From positions 248,001-312,000 of the forward strand of contig OZ287074.1 in NCBI GenBank assembly GCA_965645245.1: a stretch of DNA of 64,000 nucleotides. Reading direction: 5' to 3'. This DNA comes from Massalongia carnosa (lineage: Eukaryota). Made by a program: the position numbers and the translations under genes. The stretch's first letter is position 1. Each line of letters starts with the position of its first letter. Shown piece after piece: positions 13,358 through 24,962 of the stretch. The notes under the pieces were generated by a model. It made no database searches, was not told the DNA's origin, and was given only the letters and a program-made list of their open reading frames with translations.

Positions 13358-14685
13358 CACGCGGGGGACAAAAAAAAAACTACACCAAAATTTAACCGGG
13401 TTCAACCCCCCACCAAAACACAAGCAATTTCCATACAATTTTGATGGGATAATCACCATTTCAACAACCAGTCATCCAATTCATTCAATCTATTCAATAA
13501 CCAGTCATTTTACCCTCACCATCCAAAACAGCTCTCAATCTATCTGGCATAGTAGACACCCGTTCATTGATAAATGCCTGGGAAACGTTCGCCCACCCCT
13601 CATAAATTAGCCCCTTGGTCGTATCATCATCCCAATGAGGATATTTTTTTAAATATTGCTTCGGGGCCTGCCAGCAATTTTCTATGGGGGCCAAATCAGG
13701 TGAACATGGACAGTTGAAATAGTGCTTCAGATCGTTGTTCTGCTTCCAAGTGCGTACAATGTTTGATTTGCCTGGTCCATGTCCAGAATCACCGTCTTCT
13801 TCTAAGACGAAATCGTGTTTTGCTTCAATCCAGGGCTTCACAATAGGCTCCAATATAGAGTCGATATAGACTCGTTGACTCATCTTTCCATTGGAGTTTC
13901 CAGGAACTCTGTAAAAGTAGATATCTGACTTGAAGTCATGACCTGCAGCAGCCCAACAGTGATGTCTCTTCTTGGCGGCCTCGTCTGGTTCATCTGCTTC
14001 TTGAATACAATCATGACAATAACGTTCACCTAATCTTCGTATGATGCGTAATTTGCCCTGAGGTCCCCATCCAAAGTGCACTTCGTCACTAAATCGAACT
14101 TGTTTCCAGTCTTCTGCATTTGGATATCTAGAAAGCATAGCATCTGACCACTTCATACGAAGCTTTCTTGTCTTCTCGTTCACCCATCCCTTTCTGCACG
14201 CAATGCATTTGTGATAATCCATGGTGCCCATGATTCGTTGAATGGTTTTGCCACTGCAGTCTAGGCCTACTTCGAAGCCCAATTGCTCCCATGTAAGAGC
14301 GCGCGCCTCCATACCTTCTTCTTCCAATAGCCGTTCCATTTCTCTAATCAATTTAGGCGTAACAATTTTGTGACGCGCACGAGCTTCAGAAACATCGGAA
14401 TTATTATGATGACGGCGTGATGAGGCTCCTTCACGCAGGTATGCATAGCCCCTCGTACGTTCCACATCAAATGTGCGAAAAACATCCTCTTTGTGATAAG
14501 AAATGCCTTGCTTTTCGCAAAATTCAACGGCTCCCTGAATTTTAGCTTTGGTAGGAGTCTCGATATGTTTAGAATTCATAATAATGATAATTATCCCATC
14601 AAAATCGTATGTAAATTGCTTGTGTTTTGGTGGGGAGTTGAGCCCGGTTAAATTTTGGTGTAGTTTTTTTTTTGTCCCCCGCGTG
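13358..14685 (-). mobile_element. Tc1/IS630-like DNA transposon, 1328 bp, ~100-bp TIRs
   Basis: TIRs 13358..13460 and 14583..14685 begin CACGCGGGGGACAAAA; flanked by the direct repeat CCAAG (13353..13357, 14686..14690). Confidence 0.93.
13494..14579 (-). CDS. Intact Tc1-like transposase (DD37E), 361 aa
   Basis: WKQVRFSDEVHF, LEEDGDSGHG and SPDLAPIENCW; 37 residues between the second D and the E; no stops. Confidence 0.92.
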   Translation of the reverse strand: MNSKHIETPTKAKIQGAVEFCEKQGISYHKEDVFRTFDVERTRGYAYLREGASSRRHHNNSDVSEARARHKIVTPKLIREMERLLEEEGMEARALTWEQLGFEVGLDCSGKTIQRIMGTMDYHKCIACRKGWVNEKTRKLRMKWSDAMLSRYPNAEDWKQVRFSDEVHFGWGPQGKLRIIRRLGERYCHDCIQEADEPDEAAKKRHHCWAAAGHDFKSDIYFYRVPGNSNGKMSQRVYIDSILEPIVKPWIEAKHDFVLEEDGDSGHGPGKSNIVRTWKQNNDLKHYFNCPCSPDLAPIENCWQAPKQYLKKYPHWDDDTTKGLIYEGWANVSQAFINERVSTMPDRLRAVLDGEGKMTGY

Positions 14686-15409
14686 CCAAGCTACTTTGAT
14701 GATCTTGAGGTCAGGATGCAGGCGTGCGTTGGCGGCCTGCAGGTACGCGATAGCAGTTGATTGATTGGCCACTTTGATGTTTTCCACCTTGATTCCATTT
14801 GCCCTTACGGTGAAGGTACGAGTATGCACCGCTGCGGAGGCGGCCATCATGCAAGTTCAGTCGGTCTTTTCCTGCAGGGTTTTCTTTGCCTTCAATGACT
14901 TCGTGTGAATCCTTATGTCGTCATTTAACAAGCGCGACACTCGTATTCCTTTCGCTTCATTTTGCAACGTTTCTACCAGCTCTTTGGTTGGCATCAGCTT
15001 TACTTTTTCTTTATCTGCATTCTTCGTTATGTGAACAGTGATTTCTCGCGCTTCCTTCGGTGTAGGTATTTTGTCCTTTGAAGTCGGTTGAGACTTGACA
15101 TTTTTGTTCATCACGACCTCGCCCCGTGGCGGCAGCGGCGTAGCTTTGAGAAGTTGTATCCTTCCGTTATATGCGTGTCAGTGTTTGTTGAATAGATTGT
15201 AGAGTGTCATTGAGGATGTTGGGCGCCTTTGCAACTTCGTCGTCGATCCACTCCTCGAATATTCAATGTTTCCGTTATTATATTATTATATTTAATTCTT
15301 TTTTCAATAATCTCGTTTCGTACAATATAAGTTTTTGATACTACGTCTCTAGTCATTAGTATGTAGTCACTGAGTATGACTGAAAAACAAGGTACCGCCA
15401 ATGAGGTTC

Positions 15410-16990
15410 GATTTCTTAATCACCTTTTGCTTTCCAGGCGATAACAAGCTGCATCTTTATGATGAGAAAACGGCAATGCTGATTCTAGATAGGAGTCGAT
15501 AGTCGTATTCAAAGATTATGGTTGCGAATGTCGCTAAAGAAAGCGCTGTAAGCATTTAAATACTTACTGCTTGCTCTATTGTCATCAATGTAACTTCAAT
15601 GGAATCAACGCGTGCGAAGATGCTCCGCCGCAGCAGTTCTTTGAAGAATTACAGGTTTTACTTTCATCTCCTGGATGCTTCGACTGCTTTCTTCTCATTT
15701 TTCGATTCCAAAGATTTTAGATTCTTGGCTCTTTTAGTGATTATCTTGTTTTAATTAGGCGATATGTCGACAATTCACGTCGCAAGAGTCATTACAAGAA
15801 CGTTTCTCGTGGGCACTTAAAACTCCGAGTCTCTGCTCGTTTCTCTAGCTTACAACTTACCTAGGGCCTCTTATGGGCTGGGACAGGAGTATCGCTATGC
15901 TTTCTGCTGTTTCGTTTATTCGTCCGATTCAAGTCTTTTCGAAGATTCTACTAGGATGATTTTCTAGTCATTGCGGCACGGGCAATGCTACTCGGGATCT
16001 CTATCCTTTGGCAAGTAGAGGCGCCCATCCTCTACGAGCGATACGTTGTTGAAGTCGGGGAAGAATCGTTTGACATAAGGTTCATTGATAGAGATACTGC
16101 TGCGAGTACCCGGGGTTTGAACTATGTAGAGACGGGTTTCCAGGGTGTGTTATCTAAGCTCCTAGTATAAGAGTCAAGCTGCCCCGCACCAGGGGGCTAT
16201 CAGAAAAGGTTTACTAGGAAGAGCTCGTAATGCGTAGGACCTTCGCTGCTAGATGAATATCTAGAGTGCGTGTAGGTGAGCGGGGCTTAATGTTGAGTCG
16301 CCCATTACTAGGCCTTCATCTGGAGCTATTCGCAAAGAAACCCCGCTTAACTCGACGTTTTTTGGATCGTGGGTAGGAATACTGAAGGTATTACTACCAA
16401 AGACCACTCTGTATTTACTAACGGACAAGAGCTTGCCAGTTATAGCTGTTTCAGTCCCAGGCTACACAGTGATACTACCAAACACAACAGCTCCTCCTCT
16501 CTCGTTGGGAACATACTCAGACCCTACGCGATACGGGCTTGAAGAGGTGCCTCGGACTCTAATTGAAGAGACCCGAGAAGCAGGTGGTGTTCGCAACTTG
16601 CGTCAGAGAAAGATTTTAGTCGAGAACTGTGGGCCGTATAATTTCTTTACGGAGCATTGCTAACCCTGTTGGATGATAGGCGAATTCTTATTGATTGTCC
16701 ACTGCCATCGGCTAGCGAAAGATTATCGGGGGGAGAGAACAGAGCACTTTCAGCGAGAATATACGCTGAACGATCCGAGCCTTTTGGTGTTCCCAAGGAA
16801 CAACCAGATCGCGTTAAGACATAGTAGTCCGCAGTGTCACTTTCCTCATCGGGATACAAAACATGCAGGTGTAATTTCAGCCCTTAAGCAGAGGCGCTGC
16901 GGAACCTTTGGTTCTCAGATTGGATTCCCAAGCGCCATTAACTCCATTGATGAGAGAGTATTCTGTCTTCCGATTCCATAGGACAACTCC
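15410..16990 (-). pseudogene. Possible decayed gene of unknown family
   Basis: Long coding-like minus-strand frame (including ORF 16647..16859) repeatedly broken by TAG/TAA. No family recognised; boundaries approximate. Confidence 0.3.
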
Positions 16991-17611
16991 ATGTTGCGAT
17001 TTGAATCTTTGTTGAATAGATAAAACAGAAACGAACTCATGCGTGAAAATCAGAGAAGGAGTAGAAAATGCAAAACCGTGCAAGCTTAGCGCTAAGAATA
17101 GAACTCGATGTTGACTTTTCTCAGAAGTGATGATGAAGTAAGCGCACAGAGGATTTACGTGAGATGATACATATCAGATATTGAAAACATACCTAATTGC
17201 AATTCGTTGCGCCGTAATGACAAAGAGAGGAATTTTCTTTGTCACATGCTTGATATTCACAAGACACAGGAATTGGAGTGCAAACTCGTTCCTACATGTT
17301 TCTTCACGCATGTGACGCACTTTCTTTAGCCCTTAAGGTCTCTAGGTGATAACACTTCAACTTGGCTATCTAAATCTTAACTGAACGAGCCAGTTCTCTT
17401 TACTACATCTGACAAGGCCTACTAAACAACCGCGAATCTCCCCACAACAGTCAAGTTTTCTTTGAAGTTGACGATTTCCCTACCGATAGATCCTTTGCCT
17501 TTCTCTCTCTTCAATATTCTCTCCTTCAAACGTATCAAACCTTCTCCCAACTCATTCTAATCTCGTGCTATTCTACCTGCAGAACTTAGACAAAAGGTCT
17601 TCAAGACGAGG

Positions 17612-19353
17612 ATGGCTTTCAGGCACCGCAGGGAGAAGAATACCTCCGATGAGACTGAAGATTCAGGGTACCACTCCGCGACTCAAGGTAGGCTATGCAT
17701 ACGCTCATGATTTCCTCGATTACTCTAGCTAATCTTCGTCAAGGGCGCGAGGAATTACTAGAGGAATATGTAACTAATAAAGACCGATTTCGCGTTTCTT
17801 CGAGTCCCGTTGTACCAATGCCGCCATTTGAGAACATCATGAGGGGCGAAGATTGGTTGGCAGCCAAAGCACACTATCAAGCAATGAGCTTGGAAAGCCA
17901 GGTGCTAGATATATTAGGCAGACATGGTATCCCATGGATCTCCTGCGGTCTCCGGCGCCAGGTCAGAATCCTAACCAAAGATCGCATCCAGATGGACATT
18001 TTGCGTATTGGCACCAACAATGAAGCCGTATCCCTTTGGAAAGCAGCAACCGTCGAAATATGCAGCTTTTTAGAGGCGCGAAGCCGTCTACAGAACGTGG
18101 TAGTGGAGATATCCAACGACAAGCATTCGAAATCCAGAACCTCGTACACAATTGGTCATGATCCTCTGATCCTTAGTACACTACACCAGCTCAAACCGAA
18201 AATTCTTGAAGAACTAGACTCGAGTGTTGGGCTAGCGTGGACCTCTCTAGCATTTCATAGACGAAGCGCGAAGGGAAACCAATCGGAAGAGGCAAGGGTG
18301 CCAACTATGATGCTTTACTGTCAACCAGAGTCCTCATATGGCTTTACAGCCTTGGAAGCGCGACTATACCGGATACTGGATGCTTCCAAGCTTTCGCTAT
18401 ATCTCGAGATACTTCCAGGTATCATCATCTCAGGCGCCGACACCCATCCTTCGTCTTCCAGTCCCGCAGCAGCGCCCCTGCAAGGTGATATTCGAAATGG
18501 CGCCAGCATAGGAATCAAGGGAGATGGGGAGCGAGCAGGCTCTTTAGGGTTCTGGGCGTGGGCCCATCTCCCCGGACGCCATGAACCCCAGAAAGTGGCC
18601 TGCACGGCTTTTCATGTTGTGATTGACAGCAATGTCGACCTGAAAGAGCTGACCATGGCAGAGGGCGTGACCTTGGAGAACAAAGATGCGTTTGAGCGAG
18701 TTACCGTAGAAAGTCCCGCGTATACCGACAAGGTTAGGAATATCCTTGAGCTAGAGAAGGCTGTGCAGGCCAGGTATGATCCGCACTTGGTGAATAAGCT
18801 AGCGACTGCAAGACAGCAGATGGTTTCAGAGGACTCAACAATCGGCAAGGTCGTTATGGCGTCTGGAGTCCGACTGAACAAGTCCCGCCGCCGTATGGAT
18901 TGGGCCTTATTCACCACTCCGACCGCCTTCCAACAGAATCATGTGCCGTCCCCTACTTTATTCATCATGAGACAAGAGCGCCCATTGAACTATGACTTCG
19001 AGGAACAATTTGTAATGTCGAAATTCGGGGAAATCCAGAACGGAGATTGGGTCACGAAGAACGGGCGCACGACGGGAACTACAGCCGGGTATGTCAACCA
19101 GATGGAACGAATCGTGTTCTGGCCAGAGTACAACATGACATCAAGCGAAATCGAAGTGGTCGGTCTAGCGGCTGCTTTTGCAGAACGGGGAGACTCGGGA
19201 TCGGCGGTGATCAACATGCACGGAGAACTCATTGGCATTGTGATCGCCATGGAGATGAACTCAACGAGCGAACATTCGGGAATCGTCACGTCGATTGGAG
19301 ATCTATTGAGAGATCTCGGGGAGCGAGAGGGAGTGACGCTAAGGTTGCCATAG
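17612..19353 (+). CDS. Trypsin-like serine protease domain protein (peptidase S64/Nal1-like), no signal peptide
   Basis: Exon 1 17612..17687, in-frame intron 17688..17743. Motifs GASIG...AGSLG, TAFHVV (His), MDWALF (Asp), KNGRTTGTTAG and GDSGS (Ser). Confidence 0.8.
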
Positions 19354-20470
19354 ATTGGTTATGAAAAGATGGATATTCGAACGGGGTTTAGAATTCTTGT
19401 TGTCTTGCATGAAAAGACTTCTTGAATGCTTTGCCTCTATGACCAAGAAGCATACACAACAGGTACTTGATTTGCCTCGGTACGAGAAAGCCTTAACCTC
19501 TCCCACCACGAGTTTATCCCTTTCAGCCGTGCCCTCCGACCTTTCCCCAAACCAGGAGAAACTCATCGCAAACTCCCCAACGTGCCGCCCAAGAAGGCCA
19601 CTTTTGCAGCTCTCGAATATCTGACCCGAAGCCCGAAACTCGAAACAGGTTGCTTAACAATCGGTCTGTCGGTCAATGTAGTAAAGTAGGGAACGAACGG
19701 GCTTGGGATGCACGTGACGAAGCGGATTTTGGGGAGCAGGGATGGGGTTAAGGATTGTGTTAGCCCTAGTCGATCGTGGACTTCAGTCAGGGTGATCGGG
19801 ACGTGGGAATCGTGGCGCTGAGAGTAAGGAATAGGGGGCGGATTGCGGACATGCTTGGTTGATGTTACTCTTGTTTGCGAAATGGTGGGCTGAGTTTTGG
19901 ACGTTAAATAATTAAGTAATAAGAGACTGAATTAGGTCACATATCAGAATATGAAGCAATGTTATTGCAATGGTTTATCGGTTATGTAATAAGAGAAATA
20001 GCAAATGAAGTACCGATTGGTCTTTGTATGCGTCACCATATGACCTCCAAGAACACCTCCATGTAGCCATTGTAAACAGCGGTGGTAGATGCGCAGCAAG
20101 TGGAGCATTATATGGGCTTATATCTCCAGATCAACTATGGCTCTTGCTTCTTTAAAGTCGGACAACCATATCAAACGGAATTGATTTGAAAAGCAGAGAG
20201 AACGACTTGTCGAAAAATGAGATGACGTTATAAAGTCAAGAAATTAAAAATAACCGAAGAACGCTCAGGGCTCAATATCTTGTGTTTTTTGCATTGATAT
20301 CATCTAGAGAAGTTGGACAAGCGAATGCAGAACCGGGAACAGCAGAGCGGCCTATCGAGTAAGAATAGATATCAGTTAGGATGGCTCTCGAGAATGTTTC
20401 TGGATTCAGGGAATCAAGGCCACTACTTACTGCTACCGCTTATCCTCTTGCTCGATAACTTCTCTACGTT

Positions 20471-20887
20471 TTAAGGACACTCGTTAAAGTTGCCTACATC
20501 GTGTTAACGATGGCAAAGTGATCATCAGAAGCAAAGTCAGCTCACGGTCGATGCAATTATCATCGAGGCGCTCTCCAGAGATATAACAATTTTGGGAGCC
20601 GACCGTGCGATACCATGTCCTATTCCATCAAGCCAGGCACTTGGTTAGCTTTTCATAGTACGAGCGAAGCAAAACGTAGAGACGGACTTGATTCCCTGCG
20701 TGGTTTGACCTCGAATGCGACACTCGAAGCTCAAGGTAGTGCCGATATTGTAGGTACGACGGACAGAGCACCCGTTGGTCCAGGGACAAATGAGGCAGTC
20801 GGCGTTCCCAAGAAGCTCACAGGTTTTGGCTTGGGTTTCAATTGCGGCGGAAAGAAGCCCCAGAAACAGGGTTAAGGGTAGCTTCAT
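20471..20887 (-). CDS. Small secreted 8-Cys protein with SH3b-like pattern (3 exons, ~98 aa)
   Basis: Signal peptide MKLPLTLFLGLLSAA. Two GT-AG introns give ...CRIRGQTTQGIKTWYRTVGSQNCYISGERLDDNCIDRNFNECP*. Confidence 0.75.
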
Positions 20888-21981
20888 GTTGATTTGATTG
20901 CTTTCGAAGCCAAGTTAATGGTTAAAGACAAGGTCTGAACAATCTGTGATTCTAGTACATGAAGCTGAATATGATATAAAATGCTGTCGTTTGAGGGTTC
21001 AGGAAGTCTTTATACCCGTCCAAGATGAGGTTCTTGGATCAGGCCACTCATGAAAACCATTTCTAAGATTGTCAGATGTTCATTTATCGTGAACGCTACG
21101 TAGAAGCATGTAGACATCGTACGACAGCTTCAGCCTAAATAAGAAAACCATCAAGTGACGATCGACGACTGTTTCTAAGATTCCAAATGTTCGTGATCCT
21201 GTGTCAGCCGTAGATCGACGATTATCATAGCTTAGACCATCTTAGCAACCAAAAGTCCTACTGAGAGTTTCACTTCGTAGGAGTCGAGGTCTGGGGTTGG
21301 GAAACATGGCTCCTTGGCTTTAATGTAGGTTGCTTGGCACGAAAGTAGGACCGAAAGTATCATGCCATTCAAATTTGCTGTTCATGAAAGCCAAACAAAT
21401 CAACAGACTATTACAGCCTTTCCAACCTCGAAGCTGAAAAAATATCTTGCAAGAGAAGAATGTCCGATGAAAGTATTGGATTATATTGCTTCTTGGCAGA
21501 GAAACACGTGGTCGCATCCATCATATTAGGATAAACGTTATAAACTAAACGAATCAAAGGTGAAATCAACATACAGAGGAAATTCTCTGTACGACTCTGA
21601 CTTGATGATGTCTCACGAATTATAGGGTGCGCAGAGGATAGCCTAGCGTGCAGATTGGAGCGAGAAAATCTTGACATAAGGCGGAAACGAAAACCAGGGG
21701 CTTGTTGATACGTCATATCATATCATATCACATAACTATGACGCTCTTACTTAACATGCGAGTGTAACCAATGCGACGACAAAAATTCTTCGCATCTTCA
21801 GTTTACAGAGCAATCACAAATATGTCTGTCGATGGTAAATCACACAATAACAACATGTGATCGATATCTCGTTGCCAAGCAAACATTCTTACTCCACTCG
21901 CAAGCACCGTTGGACATCATTGATATACTATTTCTGTATTTTCTGCCTTGAGATTAATCGAGTCAGCAAAGTGCAAGCGGC

Positions 21982-22893
21982 ATGCCTGCGCCGGAACATG
22001 ATCCACCACCCCATCCACCTCCGTTACTTACCGAGCAGCAGATTCTTTTCCTAGCCTATCAAGGCCATCTACATTTGCAGCTGGATCCCTCGCTCGCGGA
22101 CCTGTACCGTCGCTTGTCACTCGCATGTATCGTGTTCTTTGGCGAGCCGACCACAACGAAATCCGAGGAGTATCCAGCCACACAGGGCACGGAAAAAGGC
22201 TATACTCTAGTAGCAGAGGAAAAGGAATACTTGACGTTCCGCCATGCTACTAGGTCCAACTGGCAGGAAGTGGAAGCCTTGGCACGGGAAGTATGGCAGA
22301 AAACGGCGGCGTTGCTGTATCGAGTGCTTTCCGACCTAGGAGTAGCAATGGACCTCCCCCATGACGCGTGGAATCCTGTGCTTGACGGCTGTCTTTCCAT
22401 GCCATCGAGCCTGGATGACCCAACGCCAACACTGCTGAGGATCTTCCGATATTTCCCCGAGTCCGGCACCGCCGAGAGTCATACCGACACGGGGCTATTG
22501 ACCCTTTGCGTGGGATCGGGCAAGGGACTCCAGGTTGCTGTCCAAGACGACGACGGCGATGCTCATGATGGTCCGAAATGGAGGGATGTGGAGGGACCAA
22601 CGATCTTGGTGGGACAGGTTTTGCGGATCCTCTCCGGAAATCGGCTGCGCGCTGGGCTCCATCGAGTGGTGGGCAATCCGGAAGGCAGGAGCAGTGTTGT
22701 GTTTGCACTCAGACCTTCGTTACGTCATGATACCGTTGCTCTGGCAGCATTCGGGGGTGAAAGAATCATGAACATAAGATCCATCTGGGGCGGAATCAGA
22801 GGCAGTAGATTCAATGTGAATGCCCAGAAAGAGGTGCGGGAGAGTCAGAAGCAGGCTTTAGCAGCGAAGACGGTGTTCAGCAGTAACTCATGA
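21982..22893 (+). CDS. 2-oxoglutarate/Fe(II)-dependent dioxygenase family protein
   Basis: LLRIFRYF, HTDTGLLTL (HxD), AGLHRVV (distal His), RSS (RxS). Confidence 0.85.
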   Translation: MPAPEHDPPPHPPPLLTEQQILFLAYQGHLHLQLDPSLADLYRRLSLACIVFFGEPTTTKSEEYPATQGTEKGYTLVAEEKEYLTFRHATRSNWQEVEALAREVWQKTAALLYRVLSDLGVAMDLPHDAWNPVLDGCLSMPSSLDDPTPTLLRIFRYFPESGTAESHTDTGLLTLCVGSGKGLQVAVQDDDGDAHDGPKWRDVEGPTILVGQVLRILSGNRLRAGLHRVVGNPEGRSSVVFALRPSLRHDTVALAAFGGERIMNIRSIWGGIRGSRFNVNAQKEVRESQKQALAAKTVFSSNS

Positions 22894-23790
22894 CCGTTCA
22901 ACATATGCGAAAATCCTGCGAGACCTCGAGATTTGGAGCATAGAGACTTGTACAAGCACTCCTTTCCCAGCACTGGCAGCAATGCGAAATATTTTATGCA
23001 TCACATTACCCAATCGTCAATCTTGCACAGTCTACTCTTGCTTTATTATAGGATATTCGTCGATCGTCAACTCTATTTAAAGGATATGGCGATAGGTACG
23101 ATCAGAATATCTTAAGCCCTCGTTCACATTCGCCAAGACGTATTCACTAACTCTCGTCCTCGGACTTTTCACGCAGTTCATACACAGATCAACAGCAACT
23201 TTTCCGATTGCGATGAATATCAACGAATAACGTCAGGCCCTAAAGTCAAAACGCCTCTCATACACGCAGTTCACCACTCCACTCTATGGGATATGACCAG
23301 TCCTAGCTTGGGTTGTGTATTCCCGCATGCTTTTTATTTTGACGCACATGAGTTTCAGAAGCCCGAGTGACATCGAAGTGGAAGGATGTCATGTTTATAA
23401 GTTCATGCAAAAGATCTAAAAATGCCAAACCCAATCCCGGGCTTGCACGTGGTAGTCTCAGCTTTGGAGTCGATAACTTAAATCAACTAAGAAGTTTGCA
23501 GCCTAAACTTATTTCCCTATAATCCGGCCGCTCTCCGCGTTTGCATAAGAAGACGTCGGGCTCACGGTTCACCAGAATTATCTCAAAGTTTCAAGTGAGA
23601 CCGAGCCGTGGACATGACACCGCTCGAAGCTTCAAGGCTCGGAGTTGGTTGGTTGGAAAGCATGAAGTAACCACATACAAAGAACCTGCTCTCCTGGAGC
23701 TTATGTTGGCCGTGAAAATGAGATTGTTAATTATTTGTCGTTATTGTTCCTTTTACCCGGTTTCTTCGTCGATCTTATCAGGACTCCATA

Positions 23791-24962
23791 ATGAAAATCT
23801 TATGCTCACTCTTCGTTGTGCTTTTATTTCACACCGTCGATAACGTCTTTTCCCAGTATCTGGACAATACTGGTACAGCGTTACCTGTCGATCAACCTGG
23901 TCTAGGTCCAGACAACAGTTTTGGGACTTTGGCATTCTTGGGTTCATTCTCGCCAGATAGGAGCGCTTTAGCGACAGACAGCACTGTAGAAAAACACCCT
24001 GGGCAACGCAGCGATGGGCAAAATGACGTTGAAGCCCCCAATATGGACTTTCCCCTCTGGCAAAGCACGTACCTGACAGCGAACAATGAAGGAATTGGTA
24101 TGCAGAATAGCGAACTCAGGCCACAGAATACCGAGGGCATCAATGGCGGTGTTACCTCCGATCTCACAGAGGAAGCCCTCATTCAAGATGGACGTCCGGG
24201 CGTTTTCGAAGCGCCAGGGGAAGGTGTATCAGGCACCAACACCCAACACGATACTTCATCTAAAGTCGACGTGCAAACACCAAGCGATACCGAATCTTCC
24301 TTTACGCTCAGTGCTCGTCCGGCAGATTGTCACTCAGACATTGAGGCTAGCAACTCAGTGGCTGCCAGATCCGACTTATCCAGCTCCGGCTCAATCCACC
24401 AGAAGCGCCAAGAAGTAGCTGAGAATTCAAAGCTTGTCAACCCGCCCACCGGTGATATATGCATACCCCCTGTGGACGATGAAGAGCCTACCACCAAAAA
24501 GGAAACGCGCTGGGTGTATACTTGTCCTCCGCTGCCAGATAACCCCAAGAAAAGTATGGAGCTTGTTTGTTGCAAGTATTTTACACCAGACAAAAAGAAC
24601 GCACAGGGCTGTGTGAGCTGTAAGATTCCCCTTGTCTTATGCATTTATGCAGAAGCGTGCTATTATTCTATCTTTGGGTTCAGACGACTTGGGTCGAAAG
24701 TAAGGGCTGAGACTAACGCGCGAGCAGACATTCCTCGCCGGTGGGGTCCTAATGATCCGTGTTATCAGAGTCCGCAGGTGATATGCTGCAAAACTATGAA
24801 GGTACTCGTCCACTTGAATTAAATCGTCCAGAAAATATAATTCCAATCTGATTGCTAACATAACTTACTTGGCTTACTCAGGATGGGGTTGGGACCAGTT
24901 GCCAGTCACCTCAAAAGAAACCGTTTGGTCAGCCATCACCTGCAAAGAAAAACGCTCAGTAG
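23791..24962 (+). CDS. Secreted protein with acidic linker and C-terminal 8-Cys (C-CC-C-C-CC-C) domain
   Basis: Signal peptide MKILCSLFVVLLF; introns 24620..24727 and 24802..24881; stop TAG at 24960..24962. Confidence 0.72.

Larger units (their letters stand above)
7779..15267 (-). mobile_element. Tad1-clade non-LTR retrotransposon (LINE family A), 5'-truncated within ORF1, degenerate, hosting two nested elements
   Basis: 14-bp TSD GTTTCCGTTATTAT at 7765..7778 and 15268..15281. Contains gag-like ORF1, APE endonuclease, RT and a C-terminal Cys/His motif. The 3' tail (minus strand) is TACATTATCATTATC. Confidence 0.92.
11295..15267 (-). pseudogene. LINE ORF1 (gag-like, CCHC zinc knuckles), interrupted by two insertions
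   Basis: SYAAAA near 15140, CFNCQKYGHIDKSC and further knuckles at about 13030-13195. Its stop overlaps the ORF2 ATG at 11295..11298. Confidence 0.8.
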
